IMG/VR virus record: IMGVR_UViG_3300009703_002976
Location: 1,903 to 65,902 of that record
From: a virus
Strand: one strand, 5' to 3'
DNA length: 64,000 bases
Part shown: in pieces, positions 1 through 9,702 of the stretch
Layout: every line of letters starts with the position of its first letter
Position numbering within the stretch: the stretch's first letter is position 1
Made by a program: the position numbers and the translations under genes
The notes under the pieces: model-generated
Databases searched by the model: none
The model's input: the letters and a program-made list of their open reading frames with translations, nothing else
What the model was told of the DNA's origin: nothing

Positions 1-1
1 G

Positions 2-169
2 CAAGGGTCAGCATATTCTGTTATGTGGGAAGAAATGACTGGCATATCTATACCTTATATCGCAATAATTATTGCTGTAGCAGATGAAATGCCACAGATT
101 TTTATTGAACACAGAGATAATTGGATCGATAAGTTTATAGAGATTAGAAATAATTATGATAACACTTAA
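2..169 (+). CDS. 3' end of PD-(D/E)xK (Cas4-like) exonuclease of T4-like phages (partial, starts before window)
   Basis: Not in the ORF track. Frame 2 reads QGSAYSVMWEEMTGISIPYIAIIIAVADEMPQIFIEHRDNWIDKFIEIRNNYDNT* (TAA 167-169), matching the remembered Q-x-x-AY-x-x-M-x-EE-x-TG...II...Q-x-F pattern of this family. Confidence 0.6.
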   Translation, partial: QGSAYSVMWEEMTGISIPYIAIIIAVADEMPQIFIEHRDNWIDKFIEIRNNYDNT

Positions 170-1295
170 TCTTGATGAGATCAAAAGAAAACCACAATTA
201 TTATCAATATTAGAAGAATTGAAACATGAAAAAGATTCAATTTTACTATTTGATATGCCCGAAGGATCAAGATTATGGCCATTAGACGAAGAAGAAGACT
301 TTTCTTATATTTTATTTTCAAAAGCACATGAAATTTTACAATATCACAAATTTGATGTTTGGTATTTGTGTTCTGATGTAAATATTAAGACCAGATATAC
401 AAAATGGTGTAAAAAAGTAGGTGTTGAAAAAAAGTTTAATGTATTATATTTTCCATTTACTGTTAGATTAGATGTTATTGATTATATCAAACAAGAACAC
501 GTTGATTCTCTCGCCAATATTCCTAAGAAAAAAAATTTTATACAATTAATTTGTAATCCTGATGTTTCTAGAATAGCAACTGTTAATCGTTATTATAAAC
601 ATCTAAATTATGAATATTCTTTAGTTCCTCAGTTTCATAATGATCATGAAAATAATTTTGATATAAAAAATAGAATACTTACAGAAATTGAATTGTCTGA
701 TATATGGATTAATGATGTTGATGGAGGTAAAGAGTTAAAAGATTGGGAAACAATTACTGTAAATAATAAAAAACTTAATAAATATATTTTTAATGCATTT
801 CTTCCTAAAGAAAGTTTTGAATCTTGTTGTGATGTAGTATTAGAAACTTATTTAGATGGTCCACTTTATTTTACTGAAAAAACATGGAAACAATTTTTGT
901 TTCAAAAGCCTTTTATTATGATAGGCACAAAAGGTATTAATCATTATTTACAAGATTTAGGATTTGAATTATATGATGAAATTTTTGATTATGATTATGA
1001 CTTAGAAGATAATAATATAAGAAGATTAGAGGGGTTTTGGACTCAAATAGAACGATATTTAGACCTTGATGTTTCTGATTTTGAGAAGAAACTTATTATA
1101 TTGAAAAAAAAGCTAATACATAATAGAAATACCTACATTAAATGGATATCAAATATAGATAACGTATTAAATGATCATCGACCAGAATATGATGAGTTGG
1201 CTCATTATTTCTATCTTTATTCTACTTTTTACGAAAAAGAATATTTACCAGATAAGGGGTTTAACATAATTAAAAAAATTTGTTTGGGGTGTTAA
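156..1295 (+). CDS. Putative glycosyltransferase-like protein (GT10/GT-B-like 'E..F.TEK' family), paralog 1
   Basis: C-terminal ETY...YFTEKTWK...KPFIMIG...LGFELYDEIFDYDYD block shared with 11009 and 27179; resembles the ENS..Y.TEK donor-binding motif of GT10. Confidence 0.5.
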   Translation: MITLNLDEIKRKPQLLSILEELKHEKDSILLFDMPEGSRLWPLDEEEDFSYILFSKAHEILQYHKFDVWYLCSDVNIKTRYTKWCKKVGVEKKFNVLYFPFTVRLDVIDYIKQEHVDSLANIPKKKNFIQLICNPDVSRIATVNRYYKHLNYEYSLVPQFHNDHENNFDIKNRILTEIELSDIWINDVDGGKELKDWETITVNNKKLNKYIFNAFLPKESFESCCDVVLETYLDGPLYFTEKTWKQFLFQKPFIMIGTKGINHYLQDLGFELYDEIFDYDYDLEDNNIRRLEGFWTQIERYLDLDVSDFEKKLIILKKKLIHNRNTYIKWISNIDNVLNDHRPEYDELAHYFYLYSTFYEKEYLPDKGFNIIKKICLGC

Positions 1296-1981
1296 TGGAT
1301 TATGATTTTACAATAAGTAGTCATTGTAACGCCGCATGTCCTTCTTGTAAGAGATATGAAAGTCACAATAATCCGATTAATTTATATAATGAACCTTTGC
1401 ATCCAGGATTAAATCAAATTCATATGGATTTTGATGAATTTAAATATATTATTGAAAGAGATATTAATTTATTTAAAAACAAACTTGTAACATTTGAAGG
1501 TGAACTTGGGGATCCTATGGTTCATCCACATATAAAATCTTTTATAAATTTTAGTACAGGTGTTTTTAAAAAATTAAAAATAGTTACTAATGGTGGAATT
1601 AGAAATGCAAAATTTTTTAATGATTTGGGAAATACATATAATAATTTAGAAATTATGTTTTCTATAGATGGTCTAGAAGATGATTTAAATGGGTTGTATA
1701 GAGTAAAAGTAAATACTAAAAAAGCAATTGGTAATATGGTTGCATTTGCTAAAAGTAAGTATGGAAAATCATGGGGAGTGAGTTGGCAATATCTTATTTT
1801 TGAACACAACTGGTTTGAAATACCAGAAGTTTTAGATTTTGCAAAATTATACAATATACCTATTGTATTAAAAATAAATACTCGACCTAAATTTAGAATA
1901 GAAGATAGATTAATACCTAGTGTTGTTAAACAATATGAAAAAAATAAATTTAAATTAAGCAATCTTGTTTTAGCGAATTAA
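1295..1981 (+). CDS. Radical SAM protein (core domain only, no SPASM)
   Basis: CNAACPSC motif, GELGDP, TNGG, FSIDG, WQYLIFEHN. ATG 1295 overlaps the previous TAA (track start 1280 is a TTG). Confidence 0.9.
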   Translation: MDYDFTISSHCNAACPSCKRYESHNNPINLYNEPLHPGLNQIHMDFDEFKYIIERDINLFKNKLVTFEGELGDPMVHPHIKSFINFSTGVFKKLKIVTNGGIRNAKFFNDLGNTYNNLEIMFSIDGLEDDLNGLYRVKVNTKKAIGNMVAFAKSKYGKSWGVSWQYLIFEHNWFEIPEVLDFAKLYNIPIVLKINTRPKFRIEDRLIPSVVKQYEKNKFKLSNLVLAN

Positions 1982-2670
1982 TGTTACCTGCAGAAACTTT
2001 TATATACAATTTTGAAATTACATCGTATTGTAATGCTGATTGTCCTAGTTGTTTTAGAACAATGAATAAAAGTAAATTGCCACTTAGACATTTAAAAGTT
2101 GAAGATTTCGAATTTTTAATATTAAACAATATAAATTTTATAAAAAATAATCGATACGAAATACAAATTGCAAAATTTTGTGGAGAAGTTGGAGATCCTC
2201 TGTTACATCCTAAGATTGATCAATTAATTGGTATAGCTGAAAGTGTGTTTAATAGAGTTGAAATTTATACAAATGGTGGACTTAGAAATACAACTTGGAT
2301 AAAAAATCTATTTAGACGATATGGAAAAACTCGTTTTGTGTTTGGTATTGATGGATTGTCTGATGAAACAAATCAAATGTATAGAGTTAATGTGAGAACT
2401 GATATTGCATTAAAAAATATGATTGAATCTGCAAAATATAGACCTACTAGATGGGAATATACGATATTTAGTCACAATTATTTAGAATTATTTGATGTGA
2501 TAATGTTTGCAAAAAAACACGACTTAAAGTTATTATGTAGATTTAATGGCCGAACTTTTAATAAACTTGATGATGAAAATATAGTTAAGTGTGAAACATT
2601 ACTTAAAAAACATAATACAGACTATTACATATGCAAAGAAGATGTGAGAATGAAGAAGAAATTAAAATAA
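1981..2670 (+). CDS. Radical SAM protein (core domain only)
   Basis: CNADCPSC, CGEVGDP, TNGG, FGIDG; TAATG coupling with the upstream gene. Confidence 0.9.
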   Translation: MLPAETFIYNFEITSYCNADCPSCFRTMNKSKLPLRHLKVEDFEFLILNNINFIKNNRYEIQIAKFCGEVGDPLLHPKIDQLIGIAESVFNRVEIYTNGGLRNTTWIKNLFRRYGKTRFVFGIDGLSDETNQMYRVNVRTDIALKNMIESAKYRPTRWEYTIFSHNYLELFDVIMFAKKHDLKLLCRFNGRTFNKLDDENIVKCETLLKKHNTDYYICKEDVRMKKKLK

Positions 2671-2936
2671 AATGTGATTTTTATAATTATGAATCTGCTA
2701 GTTGGAGTCAATATGAAATAGATTTAGATTTAAATGTATTTCCTTGTTGTCATTATTATATGGACCACACTTTAACTAAAAAACCTAATAAGCATATTAG
2801 TCATATAGATAATAGTCTTAAAACCAATTCTTTAAATAATATTTTTAAAGAATATGATAAAGTATTAAATGAAAAACTTTGGAAAAATAAAAAAACATGT
2901 CCTCCTCTTTGTATGAAAATTTGCCGAAAAAAATAA
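2631..2936 (+). CDS. Stand-alone SPASM/twitch-type Fe-S domain protein
   Basis: C...YEIDLDLNVFPCCHY...CPPLCMKIC resembles the C-terminal domains of fused rSAMs 34477, 35450 and 42064. Confidence 0.7.
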   Translation: MQRRCENEEEIKIKCDFYNYESASWSQYEIDLDLNVFPCCHYYMDHTLTKKPNKHISHIDNSLKTNSLNNIFKEYDKVLNEKLWKNKKTCPPLCMKICRKK

Positions 2937-3256
2937 ATAATAATCAACATAATTTACCTGAAGAATTTGAAGATTTGGTTTATTGTATAGGATGGCATGA
3001 ACATAAAAAATGGGCAGAAGTTGAAATAGCATCTGATTTTTCTGTATATCCTTGTTGTGCTTTACATGCAGAGCATCAATTAAATAAAAGATTCTTAGAT
3101 AAAAAATTAGATAGTTTTGATAAGGAATGGAATAATTTAAAGAAACATAAATTGAAAGATATCTTAAAAATATGGAGAGAACATATTAAACCAGAATTTT
3201 GGAAAAAAGAAAAAACATTACCCGAATGCTGTAAAACATTATGCAAGATAAAATAA
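2897..3256 (+). CDS. Stand-alone SPASM/twitch-type Fe-S domain protein
   Basis: YC...VEIASDFSVYPCC...LPECCKTLC; paralog of 2631..2936. Confidence 0.7.
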   Translation: MSSSLYENLPKKINNNQHNLPEEFEDLVYCIGWHEHKKWAEVEIASDFSVYPCCALHAEHQLNKRFLDKKLDSFDKEWNNLKKHKLKDILKIWREHIKPEFWKKEKTLPECCKTLCKIK

Positions 3257-4047
3257 TAATATTTGGAGATAGTTTTGCAGATCCTGCAGACAGAAAATAC
3301 GAAAATAAAAATGTAACAACGTGGTATGAATTTTTGAAATCAGATTATAAAATAACAAATCATGCTTTATCTGGTACAGGTCCTCACTATTCATTTAAAG
3401 AATATTATAATTTTATTTCTAGTGATAATAATAAAGAAGAGTATATTTGTATTTTTTTATTAAGTGGAGAAGATAGAATTCATTTCTATAATGCTGATCC
3501 CCAAACTATTACACATATTAATTGGAACTTTGATAAAAAAGAAAGTTGGTGGGCAGAAGATTCAAATTTAACGAAACAAAAAATATATTATGATACATTT
3601 AAATCTGAAATTGATTTTTTCTTTTTAACAATGCATGATGAATTAAAATGGTCTAATTTTAAAAATTTAGGATTCCTTTATATGAATTCTTTATTATTAA
3701 ATATGAAAACATTTGTATTTTGTACTTATGGTATTAAAATATTAAGTGGAATGGGTAATTTTTTAAATCTTACGCAACTTAATAATTCAAATTTTTATTT
3801 ATATCCAACTGAATTGGGATATATTGCTCATCAAGAATTTGTTGATTTAGAAACTGCTGGTGGTTATGATTTTGTAGATTATAGAAGAAATCATTTATCA
3901 CAAGAAAATCATAAAGTTTTATATGAAAATATAAAAAAAATGATTAAAAATGATTATGAATATATTCCGTTTGTTAAAAATATAAATCATTCTCAAAATC
4001 TTGGACAATTTCGTAATTCAAAAACAGGAAAATTTATTTATGAATAG
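3241..4047 (+). CDS. SGNH/GDSL-like hydrolase or acyltransferase, paralog 1
   Basis: N-terminal IFGDSF, G-x-G-P block, C-terminal NHLSQENH, ends FIYE. Confidence 0.65.
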   Translation: MQDKIIIFGDSFADPADRKYENKNVTTWYEFLKSDYKITNHALSGTGPHYSFKEYYNFISSDNNKEEYICIFLLSGEDRIHFYNADPQTITHINWNFDKKESWWAEDSNLTKQKIYYDTFKSEIDFFFLTMHDELKWSNFKNLGFLYMNSLLLNMKTFVFCTYGIKILSGMGNFLNLTQLNNSNFYLYPTELGYIAHQEFVDLETAGGYDFVDYRRNHLSQENHKVLYENIKKMIKNDYEYIPFVKNINHSQNLGQFRNSKTGKFIYE

Positions 4048-4903
4048 ATTATTTGTTTTTGGAGATAGTTTTAGTCATCCAAATAGAGTTGATATTGATA
4101 AATTGCCTTTATGTGAGTTTATTGATGATAAATTTTTTACATTTTATCGTATAGTAGCAGAAAAGTTAAAAGCTGAATGTTATAATTTTTCATTAAGTGG
4201 TTCTGGCCCACAATATACAATGCTTAAATTTCATCAGGCTTTGTATCATTATAAATTTAAAAAAAATGATTATATAGTTTTATTATTGTCAGATCCTAGT
4301 AGAGATTATAACCCTATAGAAAATGATATAGAAGAAGTAAAATATGTTGAATTAGGGGACAGACCTCATTATGGATTTGAAAATATAAGAAATCTTATAT
4401 ATCTTCAATATATGTCAAAATATTTTTTTCCAGAAGTCAAGTTTTTTTGTAATGTTATATGGAAAGAAAGTTCATTTTTTGAAGGTGAATATTATTCAAG
4501 TAGAGAAGGTGAATTTGGAATACACCAAAATGATTTTCCATCTAAAGATTTTAAATTTGAAAAGTTATATAATTTAAATGATAGTAATAATTGGTTTTAT
4601 TTGTGCGATTGTGAATTAGGTATTATTCATATGAAAGAATTTAAAAAAAAATACAAGATTTATATGTCTCATGAACGATTGCATTTTACACACAATGAAG
4701 ATTCACAATTTAAAGTAAAAGCAGAAGTCAATGATAGTAGAGTAAATCATATGAGTCAAAGAACTCATAATACTTTTGCTAATATTATTTTGGATTTTTT
4801 TATTAATAATAAAAGACCTATAAATACTGATAATTTTTTCGAAACTGGTTTTTTAGATTATGATGATCCACATTTAATTCCACAGGAATTTATATATGAA
4901 TGA
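4040..4903 (+). CDS. SGNH/GDSL-like protein, paralog 2
   Basis: VFGDSF, SGSGPQY, NHMSQRTH, ends FIYE. ATG 4040 has an upstream AGGA (track start 4001). Confidence 0.65.
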   Translation: MNRLFVFGDSFSHPNRVDIDKLPLCEFIDDKFFTFYRIVAEKLKAECYNFSLSGSGPQYTMLKFHQALYHYKFKKNDYIVLLLSDPSRDYNPIENDIEEVKYVELGDRPHYGFENIRNLIYLQYMSKYFFPEVKFFCNVIWKESSFFEGEYYSSREGEFGIHQNDFPSKDFKFEKLYNLNDSNNWFYLCDCELGIIHMKEFKKKYKIYMSHERLHFTHNEDSQFKVKAEVNDSRVNHMSQRTHNTFANIILDFFINNKRPINTDNFFETGFLDYDDPHLIPQEFIYE

Positions 4904-5630
4904 TTTTCATATTTTTGGAGATAGTTTTGGGGAAAATCCATTACATAGTGATTCTCCTGAATTTTGCTGGTTCAATAATTTAAAATTAAAAGTTGATGGA
5001 ACAGTTTTTAATTATTGCTTAGGATGTACTGGTCCAATAGAAAATTTAAAACTGCTTCTAGAAAAAAAATTAAAAGATACTAATATAATATTTTTGTTAT
5101 CTATAAAATACAGAATACCATTTCCTTTTTCGAAAGAACGTGGTCATAGTGAAGATTTTAAAGAAATTCATGATTCTCGCACTTCTCCTAGAAAAGAAGT
5201 TAATTATGCACTAGAATGGTTATATGAAATTGATATGGTTTATAACATGTTTGGAGATGAAATAGAAATGTCTCCTTTCTTATGTATATTATATTTACAT
5301 TTTTATGCTTTAAAAAATAATTGTAAAATATTGATTTTTTTATGTGATCCAAATGATGTTGCAAATGAAAATTATTTTTATTTTAATAATGAACATTTTA
5401 AAGTACATAGAAAAAATATTTGGCATATGAGTCAAGAAGAATTTCGAAACAGAATAATTGATCCTATTGAAGAAGAAAAAAGAGTTTCGCATATAAGTGA
5501 ATGTAATCATACAATCATGTTTAATATTATTTTAAATTTTTTTATGAATACTTCTTATAATGAATCATTTTATCAAAATTTATATGACGGATCAAAAGAA
5601 AAAATAAAAAATAGATTTATTTATGATTGA
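4896..5630 (+). CDS. SGNH/GDSL-like protein, paralog 3
   Basis: IFGDSF, GCTGP, SHISECNH, ends FIYD. Confidence 0.6.
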   Translation: MNDFHIFGDSFGENPLHSDSPEFCWFNNLKLKVDGTVFNYCLGCTGPIENLKLLLEKKLKDTNIIFLLSIKYRIPFPFSKERGHSEDFKEIHDSRTSPRKEVNYALEWLYEIDMVYNMFGDEIEMSPFLCILYLHFYALKNNCKILIFLCDPNDVANENYFYFNNEHFKVHRKNIWHMSQEEFRNRIIDPIEEEKRVSHISECNHTIMFNIILNFFMNTSYNESFYQNLYDGSKEKIKNRFIYD

Positions 5631-6315
5631 AAAAATAGAATACGATACTAAAAAATATAATTTTGTTAAAGTTTTTCAAGAATATTTTGAAGAAGATTTA
5701 ACAAAATTACATAAAAAACTTCAATTTGAACGTGAATTTTCGGAAATGGCAGGAGGAACAGAAGAGTTTGAAGTAGTATCACAAACTTATACAGATGTTA
5801 TTAAAACTTTAGCTTTTAATGATTTATGGATTGAATTTGTTGAAAATGTTATTAAATCATATTTTGATAATAAATCTATTTACATTCAAAAACTTCCTTC
5901 TTTTAGAATATTTCCTGCAGGACATTCTGTAAAATATGTTGAAAATACAACTGATGGATATAATAAACATTTAGATGCAGAGCCTCCTTATTATCATCCT
6001 AAATTTGAGAGCAGTTTTTGGATACCATTGACAGAATGTAATTATTTAAATGATTTTTATTATCAAGATGAATATGGATCATATCGAAGAGCAGATATAC
6101 GTATAAATGAATTGCTAATTTTTAGTAGTGATGTGATACATGGAAATAGTGTACATAATAAATCTTCTCAAACTAGATGTTCTTTGGATTTTAAAGGTTT
6201 AGCAGTAGATGATTATGATGAAACTATGTTGAGTGATCAAATGATTTTAAAAAGAGGCTCACCATTTAAACAAAAAGATTGGTATAGTACAAAACATTAT
6301 TATATGGAAATGTGA
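5623..6315 (+). CDS. 2OG-Fe(II) dioxygenase, StrG-like
   Basis: QKLPSFRI, HLD (HxD), FWIPLT, distal HG..HN, TRCSLDF. Confidence 0.65.
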   Translation: MIEKIEYDTKKYNFVKVFQEYFEEDLTKLHKKLQFEREFSEMAGGTEEFEVVSQTYTDVIKTLAFNDLWIEFVENVIKSYFDNKSIYIQKLPSFRIFPAGHSVKYVENTTDGYNKHLDAEPPYYHPKFESSFWIPLTECNYLNDFYYQDEYGSYRRADIRINELLIFSSDVIHGNSVHNKSSQTRCSLDFKGLAVDDYDETMLSDQMILKRGSPFKQKDWYSTKHYYMEM

Positions 6316-7328
6316 TGGACGTTAATTCTCATAATGATTGGGATTCTCTTGAAGAAATAATTGTAGGTCGTGCAGATTTTGCACATATTCCTCCAGTGGA
6401 TTCTTCAATGAAAAATTTCATGTTTGCAAATCTGTCAAATGAAGAAATAAAAAAACATGTTGGATCATATAATCAGGATCTTCTTAAAGAAGCAAATGAG
6501 GATCTTGATATTTTATCTGAAGTATTGGAAGATTGTGGAGTTGTAGTTCATAGACCAGAAAGAACACAACATCATCAGCGAATTCAGACTCCAAAATGGA
6601 GAACTACTGGTTGGCATAATTATTGTCCCAGAGATATTTTTTTAATTTTGGGAAATAATATTATCGAAGTTCCTAGTGTTATGAGAAGTCGGGTGTTTGA
6701 AACTTGGTCTTATAATACAATTTTACACAAAGCATTTGAAGATGGTGCAAGATGGTTTTCTGCACCAAAGCAAATTATTAAAGATGAAAGTTTTGATTTT
6801 TCAGATTTATCAAAACCAACATTAATGAACAATGAGATTCTTTTTGATGCCCCTAATGTAATAAGAATTAATAAAGATTTAATTTTTCAAATAAGTAATA
6901 GTGGGAATGAAAAAGGAGCCGAATGGTTAGAAAGAATGTTTCCTGAATATAAAATTCATATTGAACATGATGCATATTCAGGCGCCCATTTTGATAGTAC
7001 AATAATTCCTTTAAGAGAAGGACTTGTATTATTAAATGGACTAAGATGTAATCAAGATAATTATCCTAAATTTTTTGATGATTGGGAAAGAATATTTTTT
7101 ACTGATATTATTTCAACTAATTCTGAAGACTCTGGAATATCAAGCGATTCAATTGGATTAAATTTATTAAACATTAATCCCAATTTAGTCATTGTTGATG
7201 AAAATCAAAAACCATTAATAAAAATTTTAGAACAATATAAAATAGATAGTATACCTTTATCTATGAAACATGCAAGAACATTAGGCGGTGGTTTCCACTG
7301 TGTAACATTGGATTTAAAGAGAAAATGA
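6315..7328 (+). CDS. Amidinotransferase (glycine / inosamine-phosphate amidinotransferase family)
   Basis: NSHNDWDSLEEIIVG, CPRD, FDAPN, HFDST, GGGFHCVTLDL with the catalytic Asp/His/Cys. Confidence 0.9.
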   Translation: MDVNSHNDWDSLEEIIVGRADFAHIPPVDSSMKNFMFANLSNEEIKKHVGSYNQDLLKEANEDLDILSEVLEDCGVVVHRPERTQHHQRIQTPKWRTTGWHNYCPRDIFLILGNNIIEVPSVMRSRVFETWSYNTILHKAFEDGARWFSAPKQIIKDESFDFSDLSKPTLMNNEILFDAPNVIRINKDLIFQISNSGNEKGAEWLERMFPEYKIHIEHDAYSGAHFDSTIIPLREGLVLLNGLRCNQDNYPKFFDDWERIFFTDIISTNSEDSGISSDSIGLNLLNINPNLVIVDENQKPLIKILEQYKIDSIPLSMKHARTLGGGFHCVTLDLKRK

Positions 7329-9106
7329 AACAAGTAGGATTTCTTGAACTTTCTCATATTTTCACAAATCAAGTAAAATTACCATATTCTACTGGATGTA
7401 TTTGGAGCTATTGTAAAACAGATGAAGAAATTTCAAATAATTATTCTTTTGATATTCATGATTGGTACTATGTACTTGATGGGTCTTTTGATGTTTCATC
7501 CACAGCTAGGAAACTCGCTGAATGTGATATTATAGGAGTATCATATTTTGTATGGAATACTCATACAAGCGATAGAGTTAGTGCAGAAATAAAAAGACTT
7601 AATCCCGCTTGTAGAATAATATATGGAGGATTGGGTACCCCTAAGTATGGTAGATGTCAAGAATTTTTGAATGATCGACCATATATTGATGCTATTGTAC
7701 ACAATGAAGGAGAATTAGTTTTTGCAAACCTCTTAAAGAATGATGACTGGTCTAAAGTTAACGGAATTACAACTCATTCTTTTCAAACTCCCCTTGCAAA
7801 TAGAATAAAAAATATTTCTGAAATGCCTAGTCCATATCTTGATGGGCTCTTTGATAATTTAGTTGCTACTAAAGATCATGATTATGAATGGGAAAGTTTA
7901 ATTGAACTTGAACGAGGATGTCCATATACTTGTACTTTTTGTGAAGTTGGAGATAGACATTGGACTAAAGTTATTAAACAAGATTATGATAAGATGGTTA
8001 AAGAAATAAATTGGATTTCAGATCATAAGATTGATTATCTACATTTAATCGATAATAATTTTGGAATGTATAAAGAACATAAAATTATATCAGATTTATT
8101 GATTGATAAATTAGAAACAAAAGGTTATCCAAATGCATTAAATATTACTTGGGCAAAACATAAAAAACCTTATCTTTTTGATATTGCCGAAGATTTGTGG
8201 AAAGTGGGTCTGAATAAAAGTGTAACTCTTGCCTTACAGTCCACTAATTCTTCTACTCTTAAAGCAGTTGAACGAGCAAATGAAAATACAAATTTGGAAC
8301 AGGTTATAGCTTATTTAAAAAAGAAAGGAATGCCTGCGTATATTGAGACTATTTTAGGATTACCAGAAGAGACTTTAAGTAGTTTTAAAGAAGGATTATA
8401 TAGATTGATTGATGATATAGGATATCATAATTATATTGGAATTTATACTATGGTAGCGTTACCAAATACACCATTTGGTGATCCCGAATATTTAAAAAAA
8501 TATGGAGTAAAGATAGTTAAAACTGCTCCTTGTTTTTTTCATCATGAACATCCTTCAGAAAAACTTATGGAAGATACAAATGATGTTGTTATTGGTTCTA
8601 GTGTTATGTCTTATGATGATTATTTAAAAGCATGTGGTTGGAAATGGTATATGATATCTGTTCATTTTCTTGGTTGGTTAAGAGTTCTTGCAATAGATTT
8701 AAAAAAGAAACATAATATTACTCATAGACAATTTTATGATGATTTATTTAATTGGTCTATACAAAATTCGTCTACTTTATTATATAAAGAATATTATGTG
8801 ACAATGAGATTATTAAATAAAGTATTTAAAAAAGAAATTCCTTGGGGAAGAAAAGTAAAAGGAGCTTCTGACATTTATTGGGAATATGAAGAAGCAACAG
8901 GTATTTATATCGCAAAAAACAAAAAAAGATTTTACAATGAAATCGGTGATTTTTTGGAGAATACATATAATAGTAGATATCCCGTATTAGTAAAAAAACA
9001 ATCAGACAAAATGCTTGATCCATTTCTTGTATATGAGGGAGATTTAGAAAAATATGCAAGAGAATGTTTGTGGTGGGGCAGACGAGCAGAAAGATTTTTT
9101 GTATGA
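7325..9106 (+). CDS. B12-binding-domain radical SAM protein (putative methyltransferase)
   Basis: N-terminal Rossmann-like domain (IGVSYFVWN, IIYGG, EGE), RGCPYTCTFC, DNNFG, ILGLPEET. Confidence 0.85.
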   Translation: MKQVGFLELSHIFTNQVKLPYSTGCIWSYCKTDEEISNNYSFDIHDWYYVLDGSFDVSSTARKLAECDIIGVSYFVWNTHTSDRVSAEIKRLNPACRIIYGGLGTPKYGRCQEFLNDRPYIDAIVHNEGELVFANLLKNDDWSKVNGITTHSFQTPLANRIKNISEMPSPYLDGLFDNLVATKDHDYEWESLIELERGCPYTCTFCEVGDRHWTKVIKQDYDKMVKEINWISDHKIDYLHLIDNNFGMYKEHKIISDLLIDKLETKGYPNALNITWAKHKKPYLFDIAEDLWKVGLNKSVTLALQSTNSSTLKAVERANENTNLEQVIAYLKKKGMPAYIETILGLPEETLSSFKEGLYRLIDDIGYHNYIGIYTMVALPNTPFGDPEYLKKYGVKIVKTAPCFFHHEHPSEKLMEDTNDVVIGSSVMSYDDYLKACGWKWYMISVHFLGWLRVLAIDLKKKHNITHRQFYDDLFNWSIQNSSTLLYKEYYVTMRLLNKVFKKEIPWGRKVKGASDIYWEYEEATGIYIAKNKKRFYNEIGDFLENTYNSRYPVLVKKQSDKMLDPFLVYEGDLEKYARECLWWGRRAERFFV

Positions 9107-9702
9107 AATATTATGAAGACTTTTTAAAATATTTTTTAGATGTAGATTTGTTGAATGAATTAAAGTCTATTTCAGAATGGGAAAATTTTGATCGTAATAC
9201 AAGTCATATGAAAGAATATTATGGCGAAGGTCAGTTAATTAATAAAACACGACAATATTTGCATTCTAAAAAATGTATAGAGTGGGTTGAAAAAGAATCA
9301 GGTGTAGATGGATTGGTTGTTGATGTTTATGGTACAGGTGAAGGAGTATCATTAATGGAATCAGGAGATCAGTTAGATCCTCATATAGATTTTAATTGGA
9401 ATAATCGAATAAAAATGAATCGTGCAGTAAATTTAACGGTTTATTTTGGTACTGTTACTGGTGGCGAATTTACAGTATGGGATGAAGATATGAAAACAGT
9501 AACTTTTTCTAAATCACCCAAACATAATTCTGCAATTTTATTTCAACATAGTGAAACAAATGCTCATGGAGTTAAACCCGTAACTTCAGGTCAACGATAT
9601 GCGATTAGACAATTTTATTATAAAAGCGAATCAACTTGTGATAATCCGCATCAGTCCCTTTATTGGTATAATCCAGAAAAAAATATGCCTACAAATACAT
9701 AA
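9103..9702 (+). CDS. 2OG-Fe(II) oxygenase (prolyl-hydroxylase-like)
   Basis: LDPHIDFNW (HxD), GGEF, HGV, RYAIRQFYY. ATG 9103 overlaps the upstream TGA (track start 9064). Confidence 0.85.
   Translation: MKYYEDFLKYFLDVDLLNELKSISEWENFDRNTSHMKEYYGEGQLINKTRQYLHSKKCIEWVEKESGVDGLVVDVYGTGEGVSLMESGDQLDPHIDFNWNNRIKMNRAVNLTVYFGTVTGGEFTVWDEDMKTVTFSKSPKHNSAILFQHSETNAHGVKPVTSGQRYAIRQFYYKSESTCDNPHQSLYWYNPEKNMPTNT

Noticed and set aside
2-169. Cas4-like nuclease suggesting a CRISPR system
   Set aside because: Stand-alone Cas4-like exonucleases are common in T4-like phages; no repeat-spacer array or other cas gene was seen.
770-2940. Further ATAAATA motifs (e.g. near 777, 1874, 2932) and one at 60316-60322 on the minus strand
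   Set aside because: They fall inside coding sequence, and the motif is expected by chance at this AT content.
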